DNA from: Rhodothermales bacterium
GTDB taxonomy: Bacteria > Bacteroidota > Rhodothermia > Rhodothermales > JABDKH01
Reading direction: 5' to 3'
Assembly: GCA_013002345.1 (NCBI GenBank)
Contig: JABDKH010000096.1
Span: forward strand, 1-62,011
DNA length: 62,011 bases
A program made the translations under genes and the position numbers. Below, piece after piece: positions 10,389 through 19,943 of this stretch (the first letter of the stretch is position 1; every line of letters starts with the position of its first letter). Below the pieces are notes generated by a model, which saw only the letters and a list, made by a program, of their open reading frames with translations, ran no database searches and was not told where the DNA came from.

Positions 10389-12710
10389 CTAGACGACTTT
10401 CAGGGTCACCTTCGTGAGGTCTTCGTTCCGAGACGAGCTACCGACCATGATTTCGAAATCCCCGGGCTCCACGACGTATTTCATGTCGATGTTGTGGAAC
10501 GCGAGCCGATCCGGCGTGATGTCGAGTGCGACGGTGACGGTTTGACGCGGCTTCACCAACACCCGCTTGAATCCCTTCAATTCCTTGATGGGCCGCGTCA
10601 CCGAGCTCACCAGATCCCGCACATACATCTGCACGACTTCGCTGCCTTCGCGATCGCCCGTGTTCGTCACATCGGCGTACACCTGCGTTGAGCCGTCGCG
10701 TGGTATCGTGCCATCCTTGAGTCTGACGTCCGAGATCGTGAACGTGGTATAGCTCAATCCGTAGCCGAACGCATACAACGGCGACACGTCATCGAACAGA
10801 TAACCGCGTCGTGCCGACGGCTTGTGATTATAGAACACGGGCAGGTGCCCGACGGATCGAGGGAACGAAATGGGCAATTTGCCTCCCGGGTTGTGGTCTC
10901 CGAACAGAACATCCGCAACCGCATGCCCGGTTTCCTGTCCCAGATACCAGCATTCGATGATGGCGGGGGCCTTCTGGCTCAGCTCCGTAATCGAGAGGGG
11001 CCGGCCGTTGAACAGGAGCACCACGACCGGTTTCCCTGTTTCGAGCATCGCATCGGCTAGTTCGTCCTGCAGGCCGATCAGATTCAGATTCGTCCTGTCC
11101 CCCATGTGGCTGCGCGACCACGCTTCGCGCGACGTCTGCTCGTTGCCCCCGAGGGCAAGCACAATGGCGTCTGCCTTCCGAGCAACGGCGACGGCCTCCG
11201 CGATCAAGCGGCGGTCTTCTTCGAGACTGCTGCGAACGACGTCATCTTCATTCCACGTCCCACCGACGGTGATCTTGCAGCCCTCGCTGTGCAACACGTC
11301 GATTCCGTCACCGACTTTCGCTTTGATTCCGTCCAGTACGGTTACGTCGTGCTTCGGAACCCCGCTGTAGCCGCCAAGCAGACTCCGGTTTGCATTGGGC
11401 CCGATTACCGCGATCGACTGGATGCTGCCGAGTTCGAACGGGAGCACGTTACCGTCGTTCTTCAGCAGTGTAACTGACTCCCGGGCTCCCTGCAGAGCGA
11501 GCTTTCGATGGGCATCCGAACCGACGATGCGCTCGGCGACGTCGACATCCACATATGGGTCGTCGAACAGACCCATCCTGAATTTCCACTGGAGCATCGG
11601 AGCAACGAGTTCATCCAGTTCGGATTCATCGATCGAGCTCTCATGAACGAGTTCAGCGAGATGAAGATAGCAGTCGGGTTCGGGCAACTCGATGTTCACA
11701 CCGGCTCTGACGCCAAGTTTGCATGCCTCTTTTTTGTCGCCGGCCACAAAGTGTCCGTGCGTGTCGGGCCGATCGTGCAGCTCCCACAGGGCGTAGTAGT
11801 CGGATACGATGAAACCGTCGAAACCCCACTCCTTTCGCAGGACATCTCGCAGGAGCCAGCGGTTGGCGTGCGACGGGACACCGTCAATCTCGTTGTAGGA
11901 CGCCATCAGGCTGATCGCTCCACCCTCATCGATGGCGGCCCGAAACGGAAACAGAAAGGTCTCGCGAAGCTCGCGCTCCGAAACATTGACCGGTGCACAG
12001 TTCATGCCCGATTCAGGTTGACCATGTGCCGCGAAGTGCTTGAGAGTTGCGATGACCCGCTTCTTGTCTTTGAATGTCGCATCGCCCTGAAAGCCGCGCA
12101 CAGCAGCGATACCCATGCGCGAAATGAGGTAGGGATCTTCGCCGAAGGTCTCCTCTACCCTGCCCCACCGTGGGTCGCGAGCAACATCGACCACCGGTGT
12201 CAACGCCTGATGCGCTCCACGTGCGGCCGACTCCTCGGCCGTCATCGTGTACAGCGACTCTACGAGCTCCGGATTGAACGTCGCCCCGAGAGCGATGGGC
12301 TGAGGAAAGCTCGTGCCGTCGACCGCCGCCTGGCCGTGCAGGCATTCTTCGTGAAAGATCACCGGGATGCCAAGTCGACTGTTCTCCACGAAGAACTTCT
12401 GGATCGCGTTGGTGAGTTCGGCCGTTTCGCGCGCACTGAGGCCGCCACCGGCATCGCTCGGGCGACCCACTTGACCAAGACCGTAGCCAGATCGAAAGGC
12501 CTCCTCAGCTTTCTTCCGATCGAAGTGTCCGTCAGTATCGACAAGCATGTCCGCCTTCTCATTCCAGATACCCATCATCTGTGCGGCCTTCTCCTCGAGC
12601 GTCATTCGCGAGAGGAGATCCTTGACACGCGCGGCGACTGACAGCTCTGGATTCAGGTAGGGCACGTCGGACGAGTCGTGGGCTCGATTCTCAGGAGGCG
12701 ACTGTTTCAT
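10389..12710 (-). CDS. glycoside hydrolase family 3 beta-glucosidase/beta-xylosidase (BglX-like)
   Basis: GH3 blocks ARDPRWGRVEETFGEDP, KHFAAHG and GFDGFIVSDY (nucleophile Asp), plus a C-terminal Fn3-like domain. Confidence 0.9.
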   Translation of the reverse strand: MKQSPPENRAHDSSDVPYLNPELSVAARVKDLLSRMTLEEKAAQMMGIWNEKADMLVDTDGHFDRKKAEEAFRSGYGLGQVGRPSDAGGGLSARETAELTNAIQKFFVENSRLGIPVIFHEECLHGQAAVDGTSFPQPIALGATFNPELVESLYTMTAEESAARGAHQALTPVVDVARDPRWGRVEETFGEDPYLISRMGIAAVRGFQGDATFKDKKRVIATLKHFAAHGQPESGMNCAPVNVSERELRETFLFPFRAAIDEGGAISLMASYNEIDGVPSHANRWLLRDVLRKEWGFDGFIVSDYYALWELHDRPDTHGHFVAGDKKEACKLGVRAGVNIELPEPDCYLHLAELVHESSIDESELDELVAPMLQWKFRMGLFDDPYVDVDVAERIVGSDAHRKLALQGARESVTLLKNDGNVLPFELGSIQSIAVIGPNANRSLLGGYSGVPKHDVTVLDGIKAKVGDGIDVLHSEGCKITVGGTWNEDDVVRSSLEEDRRLIAEAVAVARKADAIVLALGGNEQTSREAWSRSHMGDRTNLNLIGLQDELADAMLETGKPVVVLLFNGRPLSITELSQKAPAIIECWYLGQETGHAVADVLFGDHNPGGKLPISFPRSVGHLPVFYNHKPSARRGYLFDDVSPLYAFGYGLSYTTFTISDVRLKDGTIPRDGSTQVYADVTNTGDREGSEVVQMYVRDLVSSVTRPIKELKGFKRVLVKPRQTVTVALDITPDRLAFHNIDMKYVVEPGDFEIMVGSSSRNEDLTKVTLKVV

Positions 12711-13167
12711 TCGTTCGCTGTCGATCTTGCAAGGATTACTTGGTTACTGGATCACGAGCTTCGTCGTGGTCTCTGACTCGACTATTCCGTGCGCAACACA
12801 CTTGCGAGACAGCGCCTCGCAACGGCTACGAGGATACGAACGAGTGTCCGAAAGCCCGACGCTGTTACCGGAATCTTCGACTTCCCCGGTGTCTTTTCGA
12901 AGGGAGGTCTCAGGACAATGGATACCGCATGGATCGTCAAGTCTGTGGAAGGCAGATGTGTGAATTCGTGCCGATTGACGCCTGGGCAGCGCAATCTCGC
13001 GGCGGGGCAAGTCCGATATCACCATTCCCCGGAGTGATGTTCACCTTGCGACCAGGCGGAGAAGTTTCGGATATTGCCGATAGAGAGCATCGCGGTCGAG
13101 ACCACCGCCAGCGTGTCGCTGGCGCCAGGGCCTCGCTTCCTGTTACGATGGTTCGGAGACCAACACG

Positions 13168-13809
13168 GTGGCAGCTGACAATAACGCGCGGATACTCAAA
13201 GGCCCCGACGGCGTTTCTCGATGCTGGTGGAGCCAGTCCGCACCGGAGTTCCTTCCCTACCACGACAATGAGTGGGGCTACCCCGTCGCCGATGATATTC
13301 GCCTGTTCGAGAAGATGTCGCTAGAGTCGTTCCAGTCGGGGCTGAGCTGGCGAACCATTCTGAATAAACGCGAGTCGTTTCGAGACGCATTCATGGGATT
13401 CGATTTTCACCGGGTCGCCGAGTTCGGATCGAAGGATGTCGAACGCCTTCTCGGCAATGCGGGTATCGTTCGCCACGGGGGCAAGATCGAGGCGACCATC
13501 AACAACGCCCGCGTCACTCAAGAGATTGTGGCGCGATACGGATCCCTAGCGGCGTACGTGTGGAAGTTCGAGCCTGACCCGTCAGAACGACCTCTGAGAA
13601 TGACATGGGAGGAGCTCTCCAGGCTTTCGAAGACACGTGCTTCGACTGCCTTGTCGAAAGACCTGAAGAAGCATGGCTGGAAGTTCTTTGGGCCGACGAC
13701 GGCCTACGCATTCATGCAGGCGATGGGCCTCGTCAACGACCATCAAGACGTGTGTTACTGCCGCGCAAAGGCCGAGGACGCTCGGGCTTTGTTTGTGCGA
13801 CCGGGCTAA
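13168..13809 (+). CDS. tag: DNA-3-methyladenine glycosylase I
   Basis: Collinear with E. coli Tag as recalled: RCWW..YHDNEWGYP..LFE..LE.FQSGLSW.TIL.KRE.FR.AF..F, GIVRHGGKIEA, GLVNDH..C.C. Confidence 0.9.
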   Translation: MAADNNARILKGPDGVSRCWWSQSAPEFLPYHDNEWGYPVADDIRLFEKMSLESFQSGLSWRTILNKRESFRDAFMGFDFHRVAEFGSKDVERLLGNAGIVRHGGKIEATINNARVTQEIVARYGSLAAYVWKFEPDPSERPLRMTWEELSRLSKTRASTALSKDLKKHGWKFFGPTTAYAFMQAMGLVNDHQDVCYCRAKAEDARALFVRPG

Positions 13810-14055
13810 GCGATGGGCGCCGCCAAAAACGAGTGACCCGAGGAAGTCGCGACTGAGCCAGATTTCTTTCTGAATCCAAAGACCGATGTGTCGACGGCTC
13901 TCCTGCCGCGGACTGTACGACGGTAGAGACTATCCCGCCGTGATAGACACTCTGCACGACGTATTCGTGTTCTGGCCATCTGCAGCCACTCTTCATGTAA
14001 CCTGTCAGCCGTACCAACGTCTAGGCTCTGAGTACCAGTGAGGAGGAAGCATATC

Positions 14056-15132
14056 ATGACGAAGTCCACGCCACTGTCGTTGCTGATCGCCGGGATCCTG
14101 TTCGCCACCATGGGTTCGCCTGTACTTGCTCAGGGTTACACACTGGGCACGCGTGAGAGTGGGTTGAGCATTGGCAATACGCCGCGTACGAACGGCGTGC
14201 GCATCAATTTCCGTGATCGCGGACTCGAGTTTGTCAATGGCGTCAACGTGACCATCTGGAAGCCCCACAAACCCGTGAGCGGAACCGTATCGGGAGCCTC
14301 GGTGGGCATCCTGATGTCGGGCGCGAATAGAATCCAGGGACTCTCATTTGGGACTCTCGGCATCGAGGCGGAAGAGTCAATCACCGGGATTGGCATCGGG
14401 GGACTTGGAGTGGGCGCCGGTCGCAAGATGACGGGTGTGTTCTTTGGTGGCCTCGGAGCAGGTGCCGGTGAGGATCTTGCCGGGATCGTGTTCGGAGGGC
14501 TTGGCGCCGGTGCCGGCCGGAACGCTCGTGGGCTGATGTTCGGCGGTCTGGGAGCAGGTGCCGGAGAAGATCTCGAAGGGCTCGTTGTCGGCGGACTCGG
14601 GGCCGGAGCAGGGCGTGACCTTGTCGGCGTGGTGTTCGCCGGACTCGGCGCCGGAGCAGGCCGCGATCTTGTGGGCATCGTATTTGCCGGTCTCGGAGCC
14701 GGCGCGGGGCAGGACTTCAAGGGGGTAGCGATTGGAGGTCTTGGCGTCGGCGCGGGCCGCGATGCCACGGGATTGTTCGTCGGTGGAATCGGTGCGGGTG
14801 CAGGAAGTACCCTGGCGGGGTTGGCAATTTCCGGCGTGGGAGCGGGAGCGCCGACCGTGCGGGGAGTGCTTATCGCCCCGGCCGTCGGAGGTCAGTTCGT
14901 GACGGGAATTCTGCTCGCTCCCGGGTACGCCCGCCTCGAACCGGACGGGGTGATGCGAGGCTTTTCAATCAGCGCGTTCAATCACATGCGCGGCGATGTT
15001 CACGGCCTTACGATCGGGATCCTCAACTATGCGCGTTCCCTTCACGGCGTACAGATCGGCCTGCTCAACTTCGCCGGAAACAATCGGCGCGGCCTCAGGT
15101 GGCTTCCGGTTGCGAATGTGCATTTCGACTAG
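14056..15132 (+). CDS. secreted glycine-rich tandem-repeat protein (GGLGAGAG 16-residue repeats, GxQIGLLN-type C-terminal repeats)
   Basis: AGGAGG lies 7 nt upstream of ATG 14056. Signal peptide MTKSTPLSLLIAGILFATMGSPVLAQ. About ten 16-aa repeats. The C-terminus (GLTIGILNYARSLHGVQIGLLNFAGNN) resembles surface-repeat families I recall from Leptospira and Bacteroidota. Confidence 0.7.
   Translation: MTKSTPLSLLIAGILFATMGSPVLAQGYTLGTRESGLSIGNTPRTNGVRINFRDRGLEFVNGVNVTIWKPHKPVSGTVSGASVGILMSGANRIQGLSFGTLGIEAEESITGIGIGGLGVGAGRKMTGVFFGGLGAGAGEDLAGIVFGGLGAGAGRNARGLMFGGLGAGAGEDLEGLVVGGLGAGAGRDLVGVVFAGLGAGAGRDLVGIVFAGLGAGAGQDFKGVAIGGLGVGAGRDATGLFVGGIGAGAGSTLAGLAISGVGAGAPTVRGVLIAPAVGGQFVTGILLAPGYARLEPDGVMRGFSISAFNHMRGDVHGLTIGILNYARSLHGVQIGLLNFAGNNRRGLRWLPVANVHFD
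14383..14865 (+). repeat. in-frame tandem repeat, 48-nt (16-codon) period, about 10 units
   Basis: Protein-level units read directly from the track: GGLGVGAGRKMTGVFF / GGLGAGAGEDLAGIVF / GGLGAGAGRNARGLMF / GGLGAGAGEDLEGLVV / GGLGAGAGRDLVGVVF / AGLGAGAGRDLVGIVF / AGLGAGAGQDFKGVAI / GGLGVGAGRDATGLFV / GGIGAGAGSTLAGLAI. Confidence 0.85.
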
Positions 15133-15159
15133 CGTTCGCCGATTGCCGGAAGGAGTTTT

Positions 15160-15408
15160 TCACGCACCCCTTGCGCCCTGTAATCTTGCCTCCAGCGCCG
15201 ACTGTAGCTGAGCATCCAGACCTTCGCGAAGCGGCTGCCATTCGTCATCCGGTACCTGCAGCGGCAGACTCGGCGCTGCACTCTCAGGAGTCGGTGTCTG
15301 TGCTCGAACCGACAACGTCCCGAAGACCACTAACGCAGCAGCAACTACCGCTGCTATTGTGCATCGATTCCCGCACCAGATGAATAGTCTCATATTGACC
15401 TCATTCAC
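15160..15408 (-). CDS. small hypothetical secreted protein
   Basis: ORF with a plausible signal peptide (MRLFIWCGNRCTIAAVVAAALVVFGTLSVRAQ) directly downstream of the channel gene on the same strand. No recognisable family. Confidence 0.35.
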   Translation of the reverse strand: MNEVNMRLFIWCGNRCTIAAVVAAALVVFGTLSVRAQTPTPESAAPSLPLQVPDDEWQPLREGLDAQLQSALEARLQGARGA

Positions 15409-15513
15409 TCAAGATGACCGCTTCCCCGAACGGCGCATCGAAGTCTGCATCCTAGACGATGTTCCGCTTGGAGGACGTGAGCTGTGCGAATTCACGGGCC
15501 TACACGACCCGGG

Positions 15514-17469
15514 TTAATAGTGGGTGAGTACGAGGATCTCGTCCTGCTTCCTGAGCGTCCAGGTTTCACCAGGTGCCGGGTTCAATAAAACCCCCGCTCC
15601 GACACCCTCTTCTTCTATGTCGATTCTTACACCCAACGCGATCTCGCCGTGCTCAAACGCCGACTTACGAATCTCGCGGAAGGAGATCGTGCGTCCGTCA
15701 AGCCCGAAATCGGCGGCAGGTCGGAAGAAGATCTCCGCTCCTCCTGGCCCGAACAGCTCATTGAAAACCGAGGTCAGTTCGCGACGGAGTGCTGCGTGAG
15801 CCAGCATATGGCTGAGGATCACAGGACTGATGATGACCTCACCCGGGCGTCGAGCAAAAAGATGCGCGTTTTCGGAATCGATGAGTTCGACAAGGATGTC
15901 GGTTCGGCCATCGTCTTTGCCGAGCGTCGCACGAACCGCCGAATACCCGAGGATCGTACGCGCATCCGTCTCGACCGACGAATCCAGCCAGTCACTGCCC
16001 AGGAATACGACGTTGTCATACGAGTCCCAGTCAATGCGCTGTAGATCAGACGGACGCGTGTAGTCGCCTAAGGTGTGCGTGACCAGTACGCGGTCCGGAG
16101 GTATGTCCAGATGATTCAACTCCTGCTCGCGCCGTGCGATATCAACGAGCGAAAAGATCTCCAGTGCAAACCGCTCGTTTGGATAACCGACGAGCTCGTG
16201 CAGCAGAGCACTGACCTTGTGACTCCAGCCAAGTACGAGCAGTCGCCGTAGTGGCTGAAGTTCAATCGATGCCGGCGTACGACTCGCATGTTCGGCCGAC
16301 ATCGGTGATGATCTCGAGATCGAATCGGGCAGCGTTCGCTCGTACGAGTCCGCAATGAGTACGATGCTGTCATCCTTCTCGATTGCGAAGTTTGCCGGAG
16401 GATTGAGAATCGGCTCGAAGCCTCGTCCTTCGGGTCGAACCACCCCCAGCACCACGGCTTCGGAAAAGCACTCTATGACATCTGCAAAGCACAGACCATC
16501 AAACTCCTCGACGTAGCGGACATACACCTCGTTTCCGTGTTCATGCGACAGTAGTTCGCCATAGACGTGTGAGAGGCCGCGGTGGCGAACAGTCTGCGCT
16601 ATGAGCCTGCTGATGAATGCATCACCCGCGATGATATTGATCGGGCCGTCGTACACCTGCATTGCAATCGGCACCTTCTGTGCGTCGAAGATCTCGGCGA
16701 CCACGGCGGGCAACGTTTCACCCGGTATCTCGTCGACCCCGTGTCGTGATATCGACATCAGCGTCTTGACAACGCGCGTGTCGGTGGCTTCCGGACCACC
16801 AAGCTCGAAGTCAGCTCCGGGAATGATGATGGCACTCGCACGGGCGAAGTCGACTCGTTGAAGATGCTCGATCCGCATCGACGAACCGGATCGCAGGACG
16901 AGAGATACCCTCCCGACGCGTCCACCAAGCACGTTCAGAATCTCCTGACGTAGACCACTGCCGACTTCGTCCGCGAGAATCACGATCTTCAGTCGGCGCA
17001 CGCCTCGCCGTCGAAGATATCGACGAACCCTGCCTTCCGATAATACCAGTTCGCGCAGGATGGACGGCGTGCGATTCGTCCAACCCAGGATGAGGAAATG
17101 ATCCTGAATCGAGATCGGTGTGAGCCCGCTCTCCAGATTTCGTATCTCCTTGTTCAGCCACGCCGTCATGATCGCGATCAGGGACCCCATGAAAAGCACG
17201 TAGCCGGCGACCGTGACGGCCGTCGAAATCGACCTGAGTACCGTGCCTTCATCGTCCCCCAGATACCCGGGATCCGTGAGGCGGAGAAAGGCCCACCAGG
17301 CTGCTTCGCCAAAGCCGCCGAAGACGTTTGTAGCAATGAACGCCAGAAGCCCGCCCAGAAGGGCCACGAGTACCACCAGCGTCATCATCAGAAGCAACTG
17401 GTGAAGTGCGCCCCGCTGGATCCAGTGCTCCAGGAAGAAGCGAAAGCGTCTTCGAATTCGGCCTGACAT
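15514..17469 (-). CDS. putative ion channel with tandem RCK/TrkA-like cytoplasmic domains (CASTOR/POLLUX-related)
   Basis: Two or three N-terminal TM helices, then HFLILGWTNRTPSILREL and LLVLGWSHKVSALLHEL Rossmann-like starts of two RCK-type modules. This architecture is recalled from bacterial CASTOR/POLLUX/DMI1-related proteins. Confidence 0.65.
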   Translation of the reverse strand: MSGRIRRRFRFFLEHWIQRGALHQLLLMMTLVVLVALLGGLLAFIATNVFGGFGEAAWWAFLRLTDPGYLGDDEGTVLRSISTAVTVAGYVLFMGSLIAIMTAWLNKEIRNLESGLTPISIQDHFLILGWTNRTPSILRELVLSEGRVRRYLRRRGVRRLKIVILADEVGSGLRQEILNVLGGRVGRVSLVLRSGSSMRIEHLQRVDFARASAIIIPGADFELGGPEATDTRVVKTLMSISRHGVDEIPGETLPAVVAEIFDAQKVPIAMQVYDGPINIIAGDAFISRLIAQTVRHRGLSHVYGELLSHEHGNEVYVRYVEEFDGLCFADVIECFSEAVVLGVVRPEGRGFEPILNPPANFAIEKDDSIVLIADSYERTLPDSISRSSPMSAEHASRTPASIELQPLRRLLVLGWSHKVSALLHELVGYPNERFALEIFSLVDIARREQELNHLDIPPDRVLVTHTLGDYTRPSDLQRIDWDSYDNVVFLGSDWLDSSVETDARTILGYSAVRATLGKDDGRTDILVELIDSENAHLFARRPGEVIISPVILSHMLAHAALRRELTSVFNELFGPGGAEIFFRPAADFGLDGRTISFREIRKSAFEHGEIALGVRIDIEEEGVGAGVLLNPAPGETWTLRKQDEILVLTHY

Positions 17470-18025
17470 CGATCTACCTGAAATGTAGAATCATCGTGCG
17501 ATAGGAAGCGACGGGCTCGTTAGCATGCGAATCCAGCAGCAGGTTCGACCTGCTTTGCATCTCGTCGATGCCAGGCTGCAATTTCGGCCCGGCAGTCGGC
17601 AACTCAATAGGACGCCCACACCTTGGTAATGATAACAAGTCCGAGGAACATGCGAGCACTCATACGGCCCATGGATAACGTCGGACCATCGGGCGGCCAA
17701 GGGCATTGTGGCCGCGGTTCCGATTGCAGGTCCGCGAGCAATCCGCGGGAATTCCACACCATCCGGCGTTCCTTTGCGTTCCGGATCACAACGTCGGCCG
17801 ATGGCCTCCTCGTGACGACGAGTTGTAGTGTCTCCGCCTGAATGCAAAGCAGCGCCCAGTTTCGAGACGTCCGTGATGGTTGCTGGCCCGCCCGGCCGGC
17901 CGCCTGACACCACATGATGACAAGCTGTGTGTGCGCTTGAGCGCGAAGCAGCTGCGGTAATCCCGAGGTCCTCAGAACGCGACGTCGCCGCCATTTTTCG
18001 CTACACCAAGAACGATGGGCACGAC

Positions 18026-18832
18026 CTAAGTCCGAGTCCGCCCGCGAACGGGTCGTGTCGAGATCGACACGTCCTTCTCAGCGTCGAGCAGTGCCTCGTT
18101 CATACGACCCCGACCCTCCTCCACCGGAGGTTCGCGCTCAGGATCCAGAACGAATTGCTCAATACTTTCAGTGAGTTTTGCCGCACGGCGAATCTCTTTG
18201 CGGTTGACGTTTGCCAGTATTCCTCGCATTACGAGGTAGTACAGGATCAGCCACAGGCCAATCGCGAGCGACACAACACCACCACTCGCCGCCACCGCCT
18301 CGATCATCAGGGCCGCAACAATTGCTGTGGACGCGGCAATGCTTGGAAAGAAAAAAGCGAGCCAATTTGAGTAATCCGAGCGCGCGCTGACTTTCGTACG
18401 GCCTTTTCTGGACGTAACCGTCACCTGTTTCTCGGGATCCGGAAACCCCGTGTGGCCCCAGCTCAGTTGGTTTCCAACCTGTCCGACGGTGCCGAATTGA
18501 CCGAACAGCGACCGGATCTCACCCACAACGTCCTCCCACCGATCCGGGTCGATCTCACCTCGCACAAGATGCGTTTCGTCGGACGTGAGAGGCAACAATA
18601 AGGACGCCACCGAGTCGTCCCGTTCCGCAACACCGTGCTCAAGATCGAACGAGGCTTTGTCGACATGAGCCGGATCAATGCCTACTTCGCTGGCTATGTG
18701 CTTGAGCTCGCGAAGCGTAAGACCTGTCGTCCCGGATGTGTCGGTCTCCGTCTGAAGTTTCGCGCTTCGACGCAGAATGGACGCGATCTCTTCTTCAGAG
18801 TAGAGCCTTTCGTCGTCGGAATGGCTGGTCAT
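18026..18832 (-). CDS. hypothetical membrane protein (soluble N-terminal domain, 2 TM helices)
   Basis: Clean 268-aa ORF. Hydrophobic stretches WLAFFFPSIAASTAIVAALMI and VVSLAIGLWLILYYLVM. No family recognised. Confidence 0.55.
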   Translation of the reverse strand: MTSHSDDERLYSEEEIASILRRSAKLQTETDTSGTTGLTLRELKHIASEVGIDPAHVDKASFDLEHGVAERDDSVASLLLPLTSDETHLVRGEIDPDRWEDVVGEIRSLFGQFGTVGQVGNQLSWGHTGFPDPEKQVTVTSRKGRTKVSARSDYSNWLAFFFPSIAASTAIVAALMIEAVAASGGVVSLAIGLWLILYYLVMRGILANVNRKEIRRAAKLTESIEQFVLDPEREPPVEEGRGRMNEALLDAEKDVSISTRPVRGRTRT

Positions 18833-19004
18833 GCGATCGCTTCAAGAAGTGGGATGCTTGAGGAATCTGTTACGAGAGTGCCCCGGTGAGGTTGCCGACT
18901 CCTTGACCTTGTCACCCACCGCCCGTTGATTGCAGCCGCCCGAACGCGGAGTCCGATTCGCTAACGTCGCTATTCGTGTCCCTGCTGAATTGTAAACAGC
19001 AAGT

Positions 19005-19943
19005 ATGTCTTCTGTCGTACAAATACGAAACCTCAGTCGTCGATTTGGCCATGTCAAGGCCGTAGACGACCTGACGCTGAACATCGAGCAGGGTGAAGTC
19101 TTCGGGCTGCTCGGTCACAATGGCGCGGGCAAAACCACCACCATCAGAATCCTGAATGGCATTCTGGCTCCGACGGAGGGTCATGTAAGCGTGATGGGGC
19201 TGGATCCACTTGCGGATGGCTCCGAGTTACGGCGGCGAACCGGCGTCCTTACCGAAACGCATGCGCTCGACGAGCGCCTGACGGGTCGGGAGAACCTGGA
19301 AATCTTCGCCGAACTCTATGACGTGCCGAAAGGGACGGCGCCCGAACGAATCGACCAGTTGCTCGAGGCGTTCGGGCTCGCAGACCGGGCCGCGGACCGG
19401 GTTCACGGCTACAGCAAGGGCATGAAACAACGGCTGGCCCTCGCCCGGACCATCCTGAACGACCCGCTGCTCTTGTACCTCGACGAGCCGACATCCGGGC
19501 TGGACCCCGTGGCTGCTTATGAGGTTCGCGAGATGATCCAACTCTGGGGCGATGCGCCGGACCGGACCGTGTTTCTTTGCACTCACAACCTCGTCGAGGC
19601 ACAGGAACTGTGCGACCGCGTAGGTGTGCTTGAGGGAGGCCGACTTCGACTCATCGGCACGCCGGAGGAACTCACCAATCAGCACAACGGCTCCGTGCCG
19701 GTCGACATCCTGCTCGACCCCCTCGACACAGGTGAAGCGCGTCGACTGCTTCATGGAAAAGCAGAGCTCCTCGAGACAACGGAAGCCGACCGGCTCACGG
19801 TGAAGGTCGAGAGCCGCGAGGCGATCCCCGAGCTCGTGAATCTGACACGCGAACTGGGTCTGCGAATCTACGGCATCGTTCCGCACCAACGAACCCTGCG
19901 CGACGTTTATCTGTCCATGTATCTGGATGATGTTCATGAATAG
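19005..19943 (+). CDS. ABC transporter ATP-binding protein (ABC-2 exporter type)
   Basis: Walker A GHNGAGKTT, signature YSKGMKQRL, Walker B LLYLDEPTSGLD, H-loop CTHNL. Confidence 0.9.
   Translation: MSSVVQIRNLSRRFGHVKAVDDLTLNIEQGEVFGLLGHNGAGKTTTIRILNGILAPTEGHVSVMGLDPLADGSELRRRTGVLTETHALDERLTGRENLEIFAELYDVPKGTAPERIDQLLEAFGLADRAADRVHGYSKGMKQRLALARTILNDPLLLYLDEPTSGLDPVAAYEVREMIQLWGDAPDRTVFLCTHNLVEAQELCDRVGVLEGGRLRLIGTPEELTNQHNGSVPVDILLDPLDTGEARRLLHGKAELLETTEADRLTVKVESREAIPELVNLTRELGLRIYGIVPHQRTLRDVYLSMYLDDVHE

Noticed and set aside
11508-12641. 377-aa plus-strand ORF inside the GH3 gene. Similar long antisense ORFs occur at 19227..20171, 32278..33051, 3659..4357, 14136..14768 and 25543..26166.
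   Set aside because: These are shadow ORFs typical of GC-rich DNA. They have Arg/Ala/Pro-rich, low-complexity translations with no recognisable motifs, and each lies opposite a gene with strong family signatures.
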